From Patescibacteria group bacterium (lineage in GTDB: Bacteria; Patescibacteriota; CPR2; UBA1875; CAIMLA01), in NCBI GenBank assembly GCA_041738615.1, contig JBGSPL010000001.1:92071-156070 (forward strand): a stretch of 64,000 nt of DNA, in the 5' to 3' direction. Of the stretch, positions 1-8,894 are shown one piece after another (position 1 is the stretch's first letter; the number at the start of each line of letters is the position of its first letter). The notes beneath the pieces were generated by a model. That model searched no databases. It saw nothing but the letters and a program-made list of their open reading frames with translations, and was not told the DNA's origin. A program made the position numbers and the translations under genes.

Positions 1-1
1 T

Positions 2-244
2 GCTGGAAAAACAGGGACTGCTCAGGTAATCAAGGCAGACGGCACTGGATACGAGGACGGTAAGAATATTGGTACTTTCATCGGCTTTCCAGTCGCACCT
101 GATGCAAATTTTGTGGTTCTCGCCAAGATCGATAATCCAAAAGGAGTCGATTGGGCGGAAAGTACGGCGGCACCTGTCGTGGGACAGATGTTGGATTTCT
201 TGCTAAAGTACTACCAAATCCCGCCGACTGAGCCGGTAAACTAA
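2..244 (+). CDS. ftsI: 3' end of a penicillin-binding protein transpeptidase (FtsI/PBP2-like); partial, truncated at window edge
   Basis: Frame-2 translation ...AGKTGTAQVIKADGTGYEDGKNIGTFIGFPVAPDANFVVLAKIDNPKGVDWAESTAAPVVGQMLDFLLKYYQIPPTEPVN*. The KTG(T) box and the position immediately upstream of mraY fit the end of a PBP transpeptidase. Confidence 0.6.
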   Translation, partial: AGKTGTAQVIKADGTGYEDGKNIGTFIGFPVAPDANFVVLAKIDNPKGVDWAESTAAPVVGQMLDFLLKYYQIPPTEPVN

Positions 245-261
245 TAGTAAATTGTGCTCAT

Positions 262-1356
262 TTGTGGGAAAATACTAATGAAAATGGAGATAAACAGATG
301 ATTAATTCCGCAATATCTTTCAACGAACAGGCGATTATCCCGCAACTAGTTCGCATCCTTACTTTTACTTCGTTGAGCTTTATCTTTGCGCTTCTCGTTA
401 CGCCGATATTTACCTATTTTGCCTATAAGTTCAAATGGTGGAAGCAACCCCGTGAAACAACGATGGGGAAGCACAACGAGATGGCAACTGTGTATAGTAG
501 TCTACACGCCGAGAAGCACCTACGTAACATCCCGACGATGGCGGGGATGATTATCTGGGGAGTGGTGGGAATTATTACTTTATTTTTCAACTTCGACAAG
601 TCGCAAACCCTCCTCCCTGTATTTACCCTGATTTCAGTGGGGCTTCTGGGTCTCATAGATGACTACATTAATATCAATTCGCTAGGTGGCATCGCCGGGC
701 TTCGGGCCAAGGTAAAGTTCTCCTGGCTTACGGCGTTTGCCGCTCTAGGGTCCTGGTGGTTCTTCGTAAAGCTTGGTTGGAATGTAGTACATATTCCGAT
801 GGTGGGAGACTTGAGCATTGGTTGGCTCTATATACCGCTATTTATCTTGGTAGTGGTCTCTACGGCTAGTGCCGTAAATATCACTGACGGACTCGATGGC
901 CTCTCTGGAGGACTTCTCTCGGCATCATTCGGTGCCTATGCAATCATTGCCTTCTTTCAGGGAAACTTTGGGATTGCCGCCTTTTGCGGTACCGTCGTGG
1001 GGGCAGTTCTCGCCTACACCTGGTTCAATGTCTATCCAGCAAGGTTCTTTATGGGAGACACTGGTGCTGTGGCACTAGGGGCTACCCTGGGTGTGGTGGC
1101 AATGCTAACGAATACAGCGCTGGTGTTACCAATTATCGGTTTTGTCTTCGTCGTTGAGACCCTCTCGGACATCATCCAGATTGCTTCGAAGAAACTCCGT
1201 CACGGAAAAAAAGTGTTTCACTCCGCTCCTATCCATCATCATTTTGAAGCCATGGGCTGGCCAGAGACCAAGGTAACCATGCGTTTTTGGATCATCGGCG
1301 CAATAACAGCCTTTATGGGCGTGGTGGTTGCTCTTGTGGGGAGCGGTCCGAGGTAA
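262..1356 (+). CDS. mraY: phospho-N-acetylmuramoyl-pentapeptide transferase
   Basis: 364-aa polytopic membrane protein with MraY signatures (DDYININSLGG, VNITDGLDGL, HHHFE). Lies in a division/cell-wall gene context. The true start may be the internal Met at 298. Confidence 0.9.
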   Translation: MWENTNENGDKQMINSAISFNEQAIIPQLVRILTFTSLSFIFALLVTPIFTYFAYKFKWWKQPRETTMGKHNEMATVYSSLHAEKHLRNIPTMAGMIIWGVVGIITLFFNFDKSQTLLPVFTLISVGLLGLIDDYININSLGGIAGLRAKVKFSWLTAFAALGSWWFFVKLGWNVVHIPMVGDLSIGWLYIPLFILVVVSTASAVNITDGLDGLSGGLLSASFGAYAIIAFFQGNFGIAAFCGTVVGAVLAYTWFNVYPARFFMGDTGAVALGATLGVVAMLTNTALVLPIIGFVFVVETLSDIIQIASKKLRHGKKVFHSAPIHHHFEAMGWPETKVTMRFWIIGAITAFMGVVVALVGSGPR

Positions 1357-2586
1357 ATGGCATTAACAAGAAGTAAAATCAAAGAAGGACGTGAGAGTGG
1401 AGGGACTGGTCGCCCTGATTATTTGTTGATTTTACTTATTTCCGCTCTTCTTGTTTTTGGTATCATCATGATTTCTTCGGCTTCTGTCGTCATGAGCAAA
1501 ACAGGAACCGGCAAAGAGAACTTCTACTTCTTTTCTCAGCTTCAGGCTGCGGGAATTGGGCTCGTACTTCTGTATGTCGCAAGTAGGATCAACTATGGCT
1601 TTTGGCGCAAGGCAGCTCTGCCTTTTTTTGTCCTAAATTTCGCGATGCTCGTGGCTGTTTTCGTGCCAGGTATCAGCTTCAGTCACAACGGCGCGACGCG
1701 CTGGATCCACCTGGGATTCATTAATTTTCAGCCTTCAGAATCGATTAAGCTCGCCCTAATCATCTTCCTAGCCTACTGGCTGGAGAATAAAGGTGATGAT
1801 ATCAAGGATCTCTACAAGGGAGTTTTGCCTTTTGCCGCCATTACGGGCTCTGTCGTCGGTCTTGTTCTCTTGCAGCCCGATATGGGGACTTGCTCAGTAC
1901 TAGCCGTGAGCGCTGCAGTGATGTTTTTCGTTTCTGGAGCAAGATTTCGTCACATCATAACGGCGGTAGGGGCGGGGATCGCTTCACTCACAGTACTTAT
2001 CGCGATGGCGCCGTATCGTATGGCACGTCTTACTATCTTTTTGCATCCGGCCACTGACAAAAGCGGCGCAGGTTATCAGATTTCACAGGCCTTGCTGGCT
2101 ATCGGCACGGGGGGGCTCACGGGCCTTGGTTTCGGACGTAGTCGTCAGAAGTTCAATTATCTTCCCGAGGCAGCCACGGACTCGATCTTTGCGGTGATCT
2201 CCGAAGAGCTGGGCCTCATTCGTGCGGGGCTTGTGGTAGTGGTCTTTTTGCTTTTTGGGGTCAGGGGATATAAAATAGCAAAGGGCGCACCAGATACTTT
2301 CTCGCGTCTCATGGCTACCGGGATTACGACCTGGATTATCGCTCAGGCATTTATAAATATCCTAGCAATCCTGAGCCTAATGCCACTTACCGGCGTCCCG
2401 CTGCCATTTATAAGCTACGGCGGCACATCGCTGGTAATGATTTTATTTGCTTGCGGTATACTACTGAGTATTTCAAGACATGTTGAACAAGGAGGAATGG
2501 ATGCGAATAGTCGTCTCGGGCGGTGGAACTGGTGGTCACATTTCGCCGGTTCTCGCGGTCGTCGCAGAACTGCAAAAGCTAGATAG
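1357..2586 (+). CDS. ftsW: SEDS-family peptidoglycan glycosyltransferase FtsW/RodA
   Basis: 409-aa protein with about 10 TM helices and a SEDS-like central region (PSESIKLALIIFLAYW, QPDMGT). Lies between mraY and murG. Its Arg-rich 3' tail overlaps the murG start by 86 bp. Confidence 0.85.
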   Translation: MALTRSKIKEGRESGGTGRPDYLLILLISALLVFGIIMISSASVVMSKTGTGKENFYFFSQLQAAGIGLVLLYVASRINYGFWRKAALPFFVLNFAMLVAVFVPGISFSHNGATRWIHLGFINFQPSESIKLALIIFLAYWLENKGDDIKDLYKGVLPFAAITGSVVGLVLLQPDMGTCSVLAVSAAVMFFVSGARFRHIITAVGAGIASLTVLIAMAPYRMARLTIFLHPATDKSGAGYQISQALLAIGTGGLTGLGFGRSRQKFNYLPEAATDSIFAVISEELGLIRAGLVVVVFLLFGVRGYKIAKGAPDTFSRLMATGITTWIIAQAFINILAILSLMPLTGVPLPFISYGGTSLVMILFACGILLSISRHVEQGGMDANSRLGRWNWWSHFAGSRGRRRTAKAR

Positions 2587-3700
2587 TACGGTAGAGCTTT
2601 TATATATTGGATCCAAGGAAGGTCTGGAGAGTAAAATTATTCCTCAGACAGGGCTCAAGTATGTCGGCATCAGTGCAGGCAAATTTCGTCGTTACCACAC
2701 AGCCACTTGGCTTAATATTATCGACCCCACCACTTTGTACAAGAATGTTGTCGATTTCTTTCGTTTTGTGAGAGGTTACTTCGAGGCCAAGGAAATCATT
2801 GCTGAATTCGATCCAGATGTGGTCTTCACCAAGGGTGGCTACGTCAGTTTGCCAGTAGGGCTAGCGGCACATTCTCTCGGATATCCGGTAGTGGTGCATG
2901 AAAGTGACAGTGTGATGGGTCTTTCCAATCGCATCCTCGCAAAACGCGCCGACAAAGTTTGTGTTTCGTATCCACTAAAGTCATATACCGAAGTCGAAAA
3001 GGATAAACTCGTGTATACTGGCAACCCAGTAAGGAACGATATTTACGACGGTAGCAAAGAGCGCGCTATCACCGAATTTCGGCTTCACGACAAGTTGCCA
3101 ATACTTTTTGTCATCGGCGGCAGCCAGGGGTCTCTAGTGATCAATCAAGTGGTTTCCGAGTCGCTTGCGAAGCTCCTCGCCAAGTACCAGATTATCCATG
3201 TTTCTGGTGAGAGAGACTATGACTGGTTAGGTTTTCAGGCGAGTAAGCTGGCTCCAGAGCTTTCGGCAAACTATCATTTGTACAACTTTCTTTCGGGGAA
3301 CCTAAAGGATGCCCTTGCAGTTTCCGATCTAGTAATTTCGCGGGCCGGGAACAACGTCATCGCCGAGATTGCTGCCCTCGAAAAGGCGGCAATTCTGATT
3401 CCACTGGCATCATCGGCAAACGGTCATCAGGTTTCAAATGCCAAGATCCTTTCCCGTATGGGCGCAGCTATGCTGGTCCTTCAGGAGAGTCTTACTCCCC
3501 GAATCCTTGAGCGTAAAATCGATTATCTCTTCGAGAATCCAGAGGAGCGTGCTGGCCTGGCAACGAAGCTTTCCAAGCTTGCTTCCCCAGAGGCTGCAGG
3601 CGCCGTCGCCGACATTATCTACGACTTAGGTACCAATTTTGTTCTAGAAACAAAGGCGGAGGAGGAAACCCCTGAGGAAAAGACTGAGGAAACTGAATAG
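2501..3700 (+). CDS. murG: UDP-GlcNAc:lipid I N-acetylglucosaminyltransferase MurG
   Basis: MRIVVSGGGTGGHISPVLAV G-loop, GT28 N- and C-terminal domains. Start chosen at the ATG at 2501, which is preceded by AAGGAGGAA. The ORF track's upstream ATG at 2480 lacks a ribosome-binding site. Confidence 0.9.
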   Translation: MRIVVSGGGTGGHISPVLAVVAELQKLDSTVELLYIGSKEGLESKIIPQTGLKYVGISAGKFRRYHTATWLNIIDPTTLYKNVVDFFRFVRGYFEAKEIIAEFDPDVVFTKGGYVSLPVGLAAHSLGYPVVVHESDSVMGLSNRILAKRADKVCVSYPLKSYTEVEKDKLVYTGNPVRNDIYDGSKERAITEFRLHDKLPILFVIGGSQGSLVINQVVSESLAKLLAKYQIIHVSGERDYDWLGFQASKLAPELSANYHLYNFLSGNLKDALAVSDLVISRAGNNVIAEIAALEKAAILIPLASSANGHQVSNAKILSRMGAAMLVLQESLTPRILERKIDYLFENPEERAGLATKLSKLASPEAAGAVADIIYDLGTNFVLETKAEEETPEEKTEETE

Positions 3701-3806
3701 GCCAGCAAGCGCCAGGAGGCTAAGGCAGCCTTCGATATATTCCCGGACCGAAGAAGTAAAGGAGAGGCGGAGCAGTAAGGGTATTTGGTACCCGCTTCTT
3801 TTTGTT

Positions 3807-4481
3807 TTGCTGCTTGGGGCACTGATCTATCTCGTATTTGTTTCGGGGATTTTTGGTGTCACCCAGGTGGAGTTCTCAGCCACGAAATTTGTAAATAGGG
3901 GAGAGCTAGCGAGCGCTGCTAAGAGTGGCGAGACATTTTTGGATAATAATATTATTACTTATGGTGTTTTTGGCCTCGCTGGCAGGCTGCGAAAGGTGAC
4001 TGGGGTGGATAAAATCTCCGTTACCAGGCTAGGGCAGCATAGCGTTCGTGTGGAGATAGTAGAGAAGAGTCCCCTTCTTGTCTGGCAAACGCTGGATCAC
4101 AAGTACCTTGTCGACGATCTTGGCTACATTTGGGCGAACTACCAGGATAAGTATGCTACTCTGCCGGTGTTCGTAGACACTAAGAACCTCCCTGTGCGGG
4201 TGGGTGACAAGGTCTTGCCTCAAGCCTCCGTGGTCTTCTATAAGGACCTCCAGGGCCTTTTCCCCGAGACTGGTGCCAAACAGGTGCGCTACGAGATTAT
4301 GGACATCATCAGTGACCTCAAAGTTACTACCGACCAGGGATGGTATGTATACTTCGATACGAGCCGTAGTGCCAAAGGCGAGGTGATCAGTCTCAAGCGG
4401 GTTCTTGCCGACGCCAAGAGTAGTGGGGCGAAGTTAGAGTATATAGATCTCCGCATTGCTAATCGCATCTTTTATAAGTAA
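3807..4481 (+). CDS. ftsQ: cell division protein FtsQ/DivIB (POTRA domain)
   Basis: TTG start, N-terminal TM helix (LLGALIYLVFVSGIFGV), then a POTRA-like segment (ISVTRLGQHSVRVEIVEKSPLLVWQ). Positioned after murG. The start codon is uncertain and the in-frame ORF continues upstream. Confidence 0.65.
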   Translation: MLLGALIYLVFVSGIFGVTQVEFSATKFVNRGELASAAKSGETFLDNNIITYGVFGLAGRLRKVTGVDKISVTRLGQHSVRVEIVEKSPLLVWQTLDHKYLVDDLGYIWANYQDKYATLPVFVDTKNLPVRVGDKVLPQASVVFYKDLQGLFPETGAKQVRYEIMDIISDLKVTTDQGWYVYFDTSRSAKGEVISLKRVLADAKSSGAKLEYIDLRIANRIFYK

Positions 4482-4487
4482 TGTCTA

Positions 4488-4511
4488 GATACTTTTGTCC
4501 GTAGTCACAAA
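4488..4511 (+). repeat. direct repeat A, copy 1 (gatacttttgtccGtagtcacaaa)
   Basis: A 24-nt motif 23/24 identical to 10113-10136. It lies 7 bp after the ftsQ stop. Together with repeat B it brackets the 5.6-kb accessory segment. Confidence 0.8.
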
Positions 4512-4692
4512 TCCTTACCACTTTTGGCAGCAAAAGTGGTGCAAAACTGCCGACTCCTTGCAAAATCGCAAGTGTCACTCCTACTTCATTCCCTCATAAA
4601 AACCAAAACTCACTGCGTTCAAACATTGTCTTTTATGATAGTCACTCAGGTCGTCGCTCGCTGTATTTTGCAGGTCGCGGTAAAAGAACTTC

Positions 4693-4729
4693 TACGTCAT
4701 TGCGAGGAGCGCAGCGACGCGGCAATCTC
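4693..4729 (+). repeat. direct repeat B, copy 1 (aagaact..tacgtcattgcgag..gcggcaatctc hairpin element)
   Basis: Matches 10243-10280 (aagaactatacgtcattgcgagcgagccgcggcaatctc). A member of the CGTCATYSC-plus-hairpin repeat family. Confidence 0.7.
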
Positions 4730-5318
4730 ATTATTGAAAATTGAAAACTGTAATTTGAAATTTTGGGGGAGACCTGGGGGAGTGGGCAAGTGGGCAAAAG
4801 AATTAACTAATAATATATTAAATGCTAATTAATTATTATTGTGCTGGCCGCGCTCTAAACTTTCGGTAGGCGAGCGGAAACTGTTTATAGCCCGGGTTCG
4901 TTGGCCGATTTTCATGCCTGTAATTTGACCAAAACTTTGGCACGGAAACCAGCCGACAAAAGGCCTCTTGTTCGCGGGTGCAACCCTTCGATTAAGACTT
5001 ACTGTAGGGAAAATACACGCACAAAACACGTTTTGGATGACCAACTACACCCGGGGATTTCAGAATGCGCAATGTCGTCCAAGATATATTGTGCGACACA
5101 GTATCAATCGCTGAGATGACAGGCTACAAAGCAGTACGGATGTGAAATATTTACTCAAAAATTATATTCCCCTGGGCCTTCCGCTTCCTCGGCGTTGGCC
5201 CCTTCTGTTTTAGTATATATCCAAATATTCACAAATATTGGGCCTCCCGGTTCGGGCCTGTTTTAGACAAAATTACAGCCCATATTGTATGAGCTGTAAA
5301 GATTGCCGAATCGGCAGA

Positions 5319-8300
5319 TTATGGTTTTGTTAGGTGAACAGTCTCCCCTGGCCTTAGCTCTTTGGCGACCACCTTGATTCGTTCGTGAGGTTCTATTGTC
5401 TTTAGGTTGTGAAAATCCTCTGGTGTGATCTGCTTCTCTATTTTTTCACGGTAAATAGGGGTTTCTTTGGGGTGGGAGACAGAGAGTAGCACGTCTTTGA
5501 TCTCGGCCAGGCTCTTCCCTATCGGCTCAGCCTGTACAGGTTTTTCTGGCTTAGGAGTTTCTTTTGGTTCTACTTTTTCGACCACTGCAGGCTGCTCTGC
5601 TGCTACAGGTTCTTTTGGGGTTTCTATTTTCTTCATTGGTGCCTCAGGTGCAGGTTTTCTGGTCTCTTCCTGGGGTTTTTCGGGCACGCTGACGGCCTTC
5701 TTTAGACTAGATAGTGTATCTACCCCAATTTTGTCTGCAATCGTCTCTCGCGCCTTCTCAGAGGGGGTGGCTTTGAGCTTGGTGAGTAGCTCTTCTAGGA
5801 TTGCTTTCGTATCTGTATGGTCCTCAACACCGAGGAACTTGCTTCCGCCTCCAAGACCAGCCCCGATGGCTTGTAGCTGATCGATCATTTCTGCAGTTGT
5901 ACCTACCCAGACGTCTGGAGCGCGACCGTCTCCAAAGAGATCGTGCTCGCGGGGCTCGTACATACTAATCTTTACTTCATAAATCTTCTGGCCATTCTTT
6001 TTGTAGTTATTGCCCTTTTGGCGACCACGCTTATCAGGGATGAGCCCCTCGGGTTTATTGTCTGGCAGGAAGACGTATTTATCGTCCTTATCTTTGTGGC
6101 GGACGATATAGTCGGCACTCTTCTCGAGCTCCGCGATTACTTTTTGTTTCTCGGTCATAGGTTTATCGGCTACTTTCTTCGTATTTTTAGTATTTGCAAT
6201 AATCGCAAGCTGCAAGTCGCTTTTCTTCTGGAGCTCGGAAGGCTTGCTGGCTGGTGGATTAATATTAGTTTCTTTCTTTTCTCGTAGCGGCTGCGTGGGG
6301 GCACTCCCCTGCTCAGATTTTTCGCGGATGATGGTAGGTTTTGGCTTGGTCATGATAGGATCGTCCTTCTCATTGGCGTTGATACCAGCGACCACTGAGT
6401 CCACGTTGTACCAGTGCTTTACCTCTTCCTCTACGATCTCCCGTTTCTTACCGTACTTTTCACGTGATACCGCCTTCACGATTGGAGAGCAGTCCTCTAT
6501 CATCTCAGGCGTGTTTAGGGACATTGCGGAGAAAGGGATACTGGTGACGCCATTGATCAGCATGTTTAGGTACATATGTCTGTTATCTAGGTTTATCAGA
6601 TCGTTTTGGGTAAATACCGGCTCAAATTCCTTCTCTAGGTAGGAGGCGTCAGTAGCCCCGACGCGGAAAGATACTAGCGTACCGACGTTACCAAAGACAG
6701 CGTCACGGACGGTTTCTTCCATCTGGGCAATGTACTGATTGGCTACGCAGAGAGATAAGCGATATTTACGCGCCTCAGAAAGAATAGTCGCAAAGGAGTC
6801 GGTGGCAAAGTTCTGGAACTCGTCGACGTATAGGTAAAAGTCCTTGCGTTCCTCTTCGGGGATGTAGGCGCGTTGCATCGCGGCAAGCTGCAGCTTGGTA
6901 ATAATCAGGCTTCCCAGCAGCTCGGAGTTTACCTCGCCAATCTTGCCTGTCGAGAGGTCCACTAGGAGAATCTTGCCTGTATTCATAATCTCGCCAAAGT
7001 CGATGCTGCTCTTGGGCTGGCCGACGATGTTGCGGATTATCGCAGAAGCCGTAAACTGCCCCACCTTATTTAGGATAGGAGCGACGGTTTCGGTGGCCAT
7101 CTTGTCATTGTAGGTCGAGAATTCCTTGAGCCAGAACATCTGCACTACTGGGTCTGTCACCTGTTCTACGATGCGCTTGCGATAGCCCTTGTCGGTAAGA
7201 AGGCGAACGATACCGAGCATGGTAGAGCCTTCGACTTCAGAGAGCGCTAGTACTGTATGGTTTAGGACGTATTCCAAACGAGGACCCCAGGAGTAGCCGA
7301 ACATACGCTTCAGTACTGAGATAAAGCCCTTGGCCGTTTCCTCGCGCATCCCCTCGGGGCTCTCTAGTGGATTGAATCCGATCGGGAAGTCCTTGTCCGC
7401 AGGGTTTAGGTAGATTACATCATCTATGCGTTCCTTCGGGATGTATTTCATGATCAGCTCTATTAGCTCGCCATGAGGATCCACGACAGCTACACCCTCG
7501 CCATTTATAATGTCGTTAATCGCAAGGTTTGCCATCATGCGTGATTTACCAACACCACTCTTACCGATGATGTACATGTGACGTCTGCGGTCGTCTCGAG
7601 TAATACCGAAGGTACGCTTGCCGTTACGGAAGGTCGTCGTGCCCATCGGAGTAAGCTCTATATCTACAGCATCCTCGGCATCGATTATGTGCAGGCTGCT
7701 TGGTGGCTCGCCCTTTTTGGACGAGGTCCACAAGATGTTTGGAGTCTCTACAGAAACGTGAGGCAAGTGGTATAGGCTGGCCAGCTCCTCGATGTTTAGT
7801 GTGTAGCCGTGGTTATTGAAAAGACGAGCACGGTAGGCGTCCAGAAAGTCCTGGCCTGTATAGAGCCCACTTCCCTGGAAACCGTTTAGATTAGTCGTAT
7901 TGAACTGTTTGAAGGCACCGATTACGGCCTGGATACGTTCCTTGGCCTTCTCGGGGCTCTTGGCGAGATAACAGATGCGGATGATTACCTTGTAGCCAAG
8001 CTTGTTGGCCTTCTCTTCAATTGCAGAGAGCTCCGTTTCCTCTGAGTGGGAAAGCTTCGGTACTTCCTTCTCCTTCTTCTCTTTTTCCTTTTTCTCCTTC
8101 TCTTCCTGCTTTTTCTTTTGCTCGGGGGTCATCGGAGAAATAACCGTATTTATCACATACGGAATCGCTTGCAATGGCATGATGAGGACGTCGATTAGTT
8201 TGTGAACCCAGGTATCTTCACCACCGGCCCCACCCTTTTTGCTAGCGATGTGCCCTAGGGAGCCATCTCTCCATTCGTCATCCACTGGCTTGGCGAGAAT

Positions 8301-8894
8301 TTGAATCCACACTTGCTCGCTCTTCTGCTCAATCTTGGAGAGCATTCCTGTGATTCCGGCTAGCGGGTCTACGTCAAAGTTTAGAAAGGTCTTAATCGGG
8401 TAGATTTCATCCTTCGTGAGGACCAACTCGGTTCCGACCACGGCGTCGTCTACCTTGTCGTCGTCGATATCGATATCTAGTGAGTAGTCAGGGACGGTAG
8501 TAATCTCTGCTGTCGGGTACTGGGCGTATACTTGCCCCTCTACAAAGTCCTTTAGATGGGTTGGTACCCAGATAAAGAACTCGATGGCATTGAGGGTCGA
8601 TACTATCTCGAAGCTCAGGTGCTCCTGTACCGAAAGTCCTTTCTTCTGCTGGCTCTTGGGATGTAAGATACCATGAAGAGCCGCGAGCATCATCTCCGCA
8701 GCTACCGGGCCTTTTTCGTTATTTTTAGGGATTTTGATCGAGAGAACGACCGTTTCAATCGCCTCGACATACTCTGCTTTTTTGTAGTTCTTCCAGGTGA
8801 GGTAGGCCATAATCGGTACTACTATCCACCATGTCCAAACCACGACGGACCACATGCCGCCGAGTATCGCCAGGCTAATATCTTGAATCAGCAC
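5319..8894 (-). CDS. type IV coupling-protein-like DNA translocase ATPase (TraG/VirD4/TraD family, FtsK/HerA superfamily) with N-terminal TM anchor and a roughly 420-aa low-complexity K/E/P-rich C-terminal tail
   Basis: 1191-aa protein. One or two N-terminal TM helices (ILGGMWSVVVWTWWIVVPIMAYLTW). Walker A is IIGKSGVGKSRMM and Walker B is YLYVDEFQNF. A coupling-protein C-terminal motif is present (ARKYRLSLCVANQYIAQMEE..FGNVGTLVSFRVG). There is a (KE)n run (KKQEEKEKKEKEKKEKE) and a PKE/PE-rich tail. Confidence 0.75.
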   Translation of the reverse strand: MLIQDISLAILGGMWSVVVWTWWIVVPIMAYLTWKNYKKAEYVEAIETVVLSIKIPKNNEKGPVAAEMMLAALHGILHPKSQQKKGLSVQEHLSFEIVSTLNAIEFFIWVPTHLKDFVEGQVYAQYPTAEITTVPDYSLDIDIDDDKVDDAVVGTELVLTKDEIYPIKTFLNFDVDPLAGITGMLSKIEQKSEQVWIQILAKPVDDEWRDGSLGHIASKKGGAGGEDTWVHKLIDVLIMPLQAIPYVINTVISPMTPEQKKKQEEKEKKEKEKKEKEVPKLSHSEETELSAIEEKANKLGYKVIIRICYLAKSPEKAKERIQAVIGAFKQFNTTNLNGFQGSGLYTGQDFLDAYRARLFNNHGYTLNIEELASLYHLPHVSVETPNILWTSSKKGEPPSSLHIIDAEDAVDIELTPMGTTTFRNGKRTFGITRDDRRRHMYIIGKSGVGKSRMMANLAINDIINGEGVAVVDPHGELIELIMKYIPKERIDDVIYLNPADKDFPIGFNPLESPEGMREETAKGFISVLKRMFGYSWGPRLEYVLNHTVLALSEVEGSTMLGIVRLLTDKGYRKRIVEQVTDPVVQMFWLKEFSTYNDKMATETVAPILNKVGQFTASAIIRNIVGQPKSSIDFGEIMNTGKILLVDLSTGKIGEVNSELLGSLIITKLQLAAMQRAYIPEEERKDFYLYVDEFQNFATDSFATILSEARKYRLSLCVANQYIAQMEETVRDAVFGNVGTLVSFRVGATDASYLEKEFEPVFTQNDLINLDNRHMYLNMLINGVTSIPFSAMSLNTPEMIEDCSPIVKAVSREKYGKKREIVEEEVKHWYNVDSVVAGINANEKDDPIMTKPKPTIIREKSEQGSAPTQPLREKKETNINPPASKPSELQKKSDLQLAIIANTKNTKKVADKPMTEKQKVIAELEKSADYIVRHKDKDDKYVFLPDNKPEGLIPDKRGRQKGNNYKKNGQKIYEVKISMYEPREHDLFGDGRAPDVWVGTTAEMIDQLQAIGAGLGGGSKFLGVEDHTDTKAILEELLTKLKATPSEKARETIADKIGVDTLSSLKKAVSVPEKPQEETRKPAPEAPMKKIETPKEPVAAEQPAVVEKVEPKETPKPEKPVQAEPIGKSLAEIKDVLLSVSHPKETPIYREKIEKQITPEDFHNLKTIEPHERIKVVAKELRPGETVHLTKP

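Noticed and set aside
2480-2586. Using the ORF-track murG start at 2480
   Set aside because: The ATG at 2501 is preceded by AAGGAGGAA and begins the conserved MRIVVSGGGTGGH N-terminus. The 2480 start would add 7 non-conserved residues without a ribosome-binding site. The remaining 86-bp ftsW/murG overlap is real, because ftsW has no earlier stop.
5467-8205. Plus-strand ORFs 5467..5880, 5943..6287, 6244..6642, 6895..7113, 7578..7775, 8002..8205
   Set aside because: They are antisense to the well-supported 1191-aa translocase gene. They are low-complexity translations of its repeat-rich strand and have no independent support.
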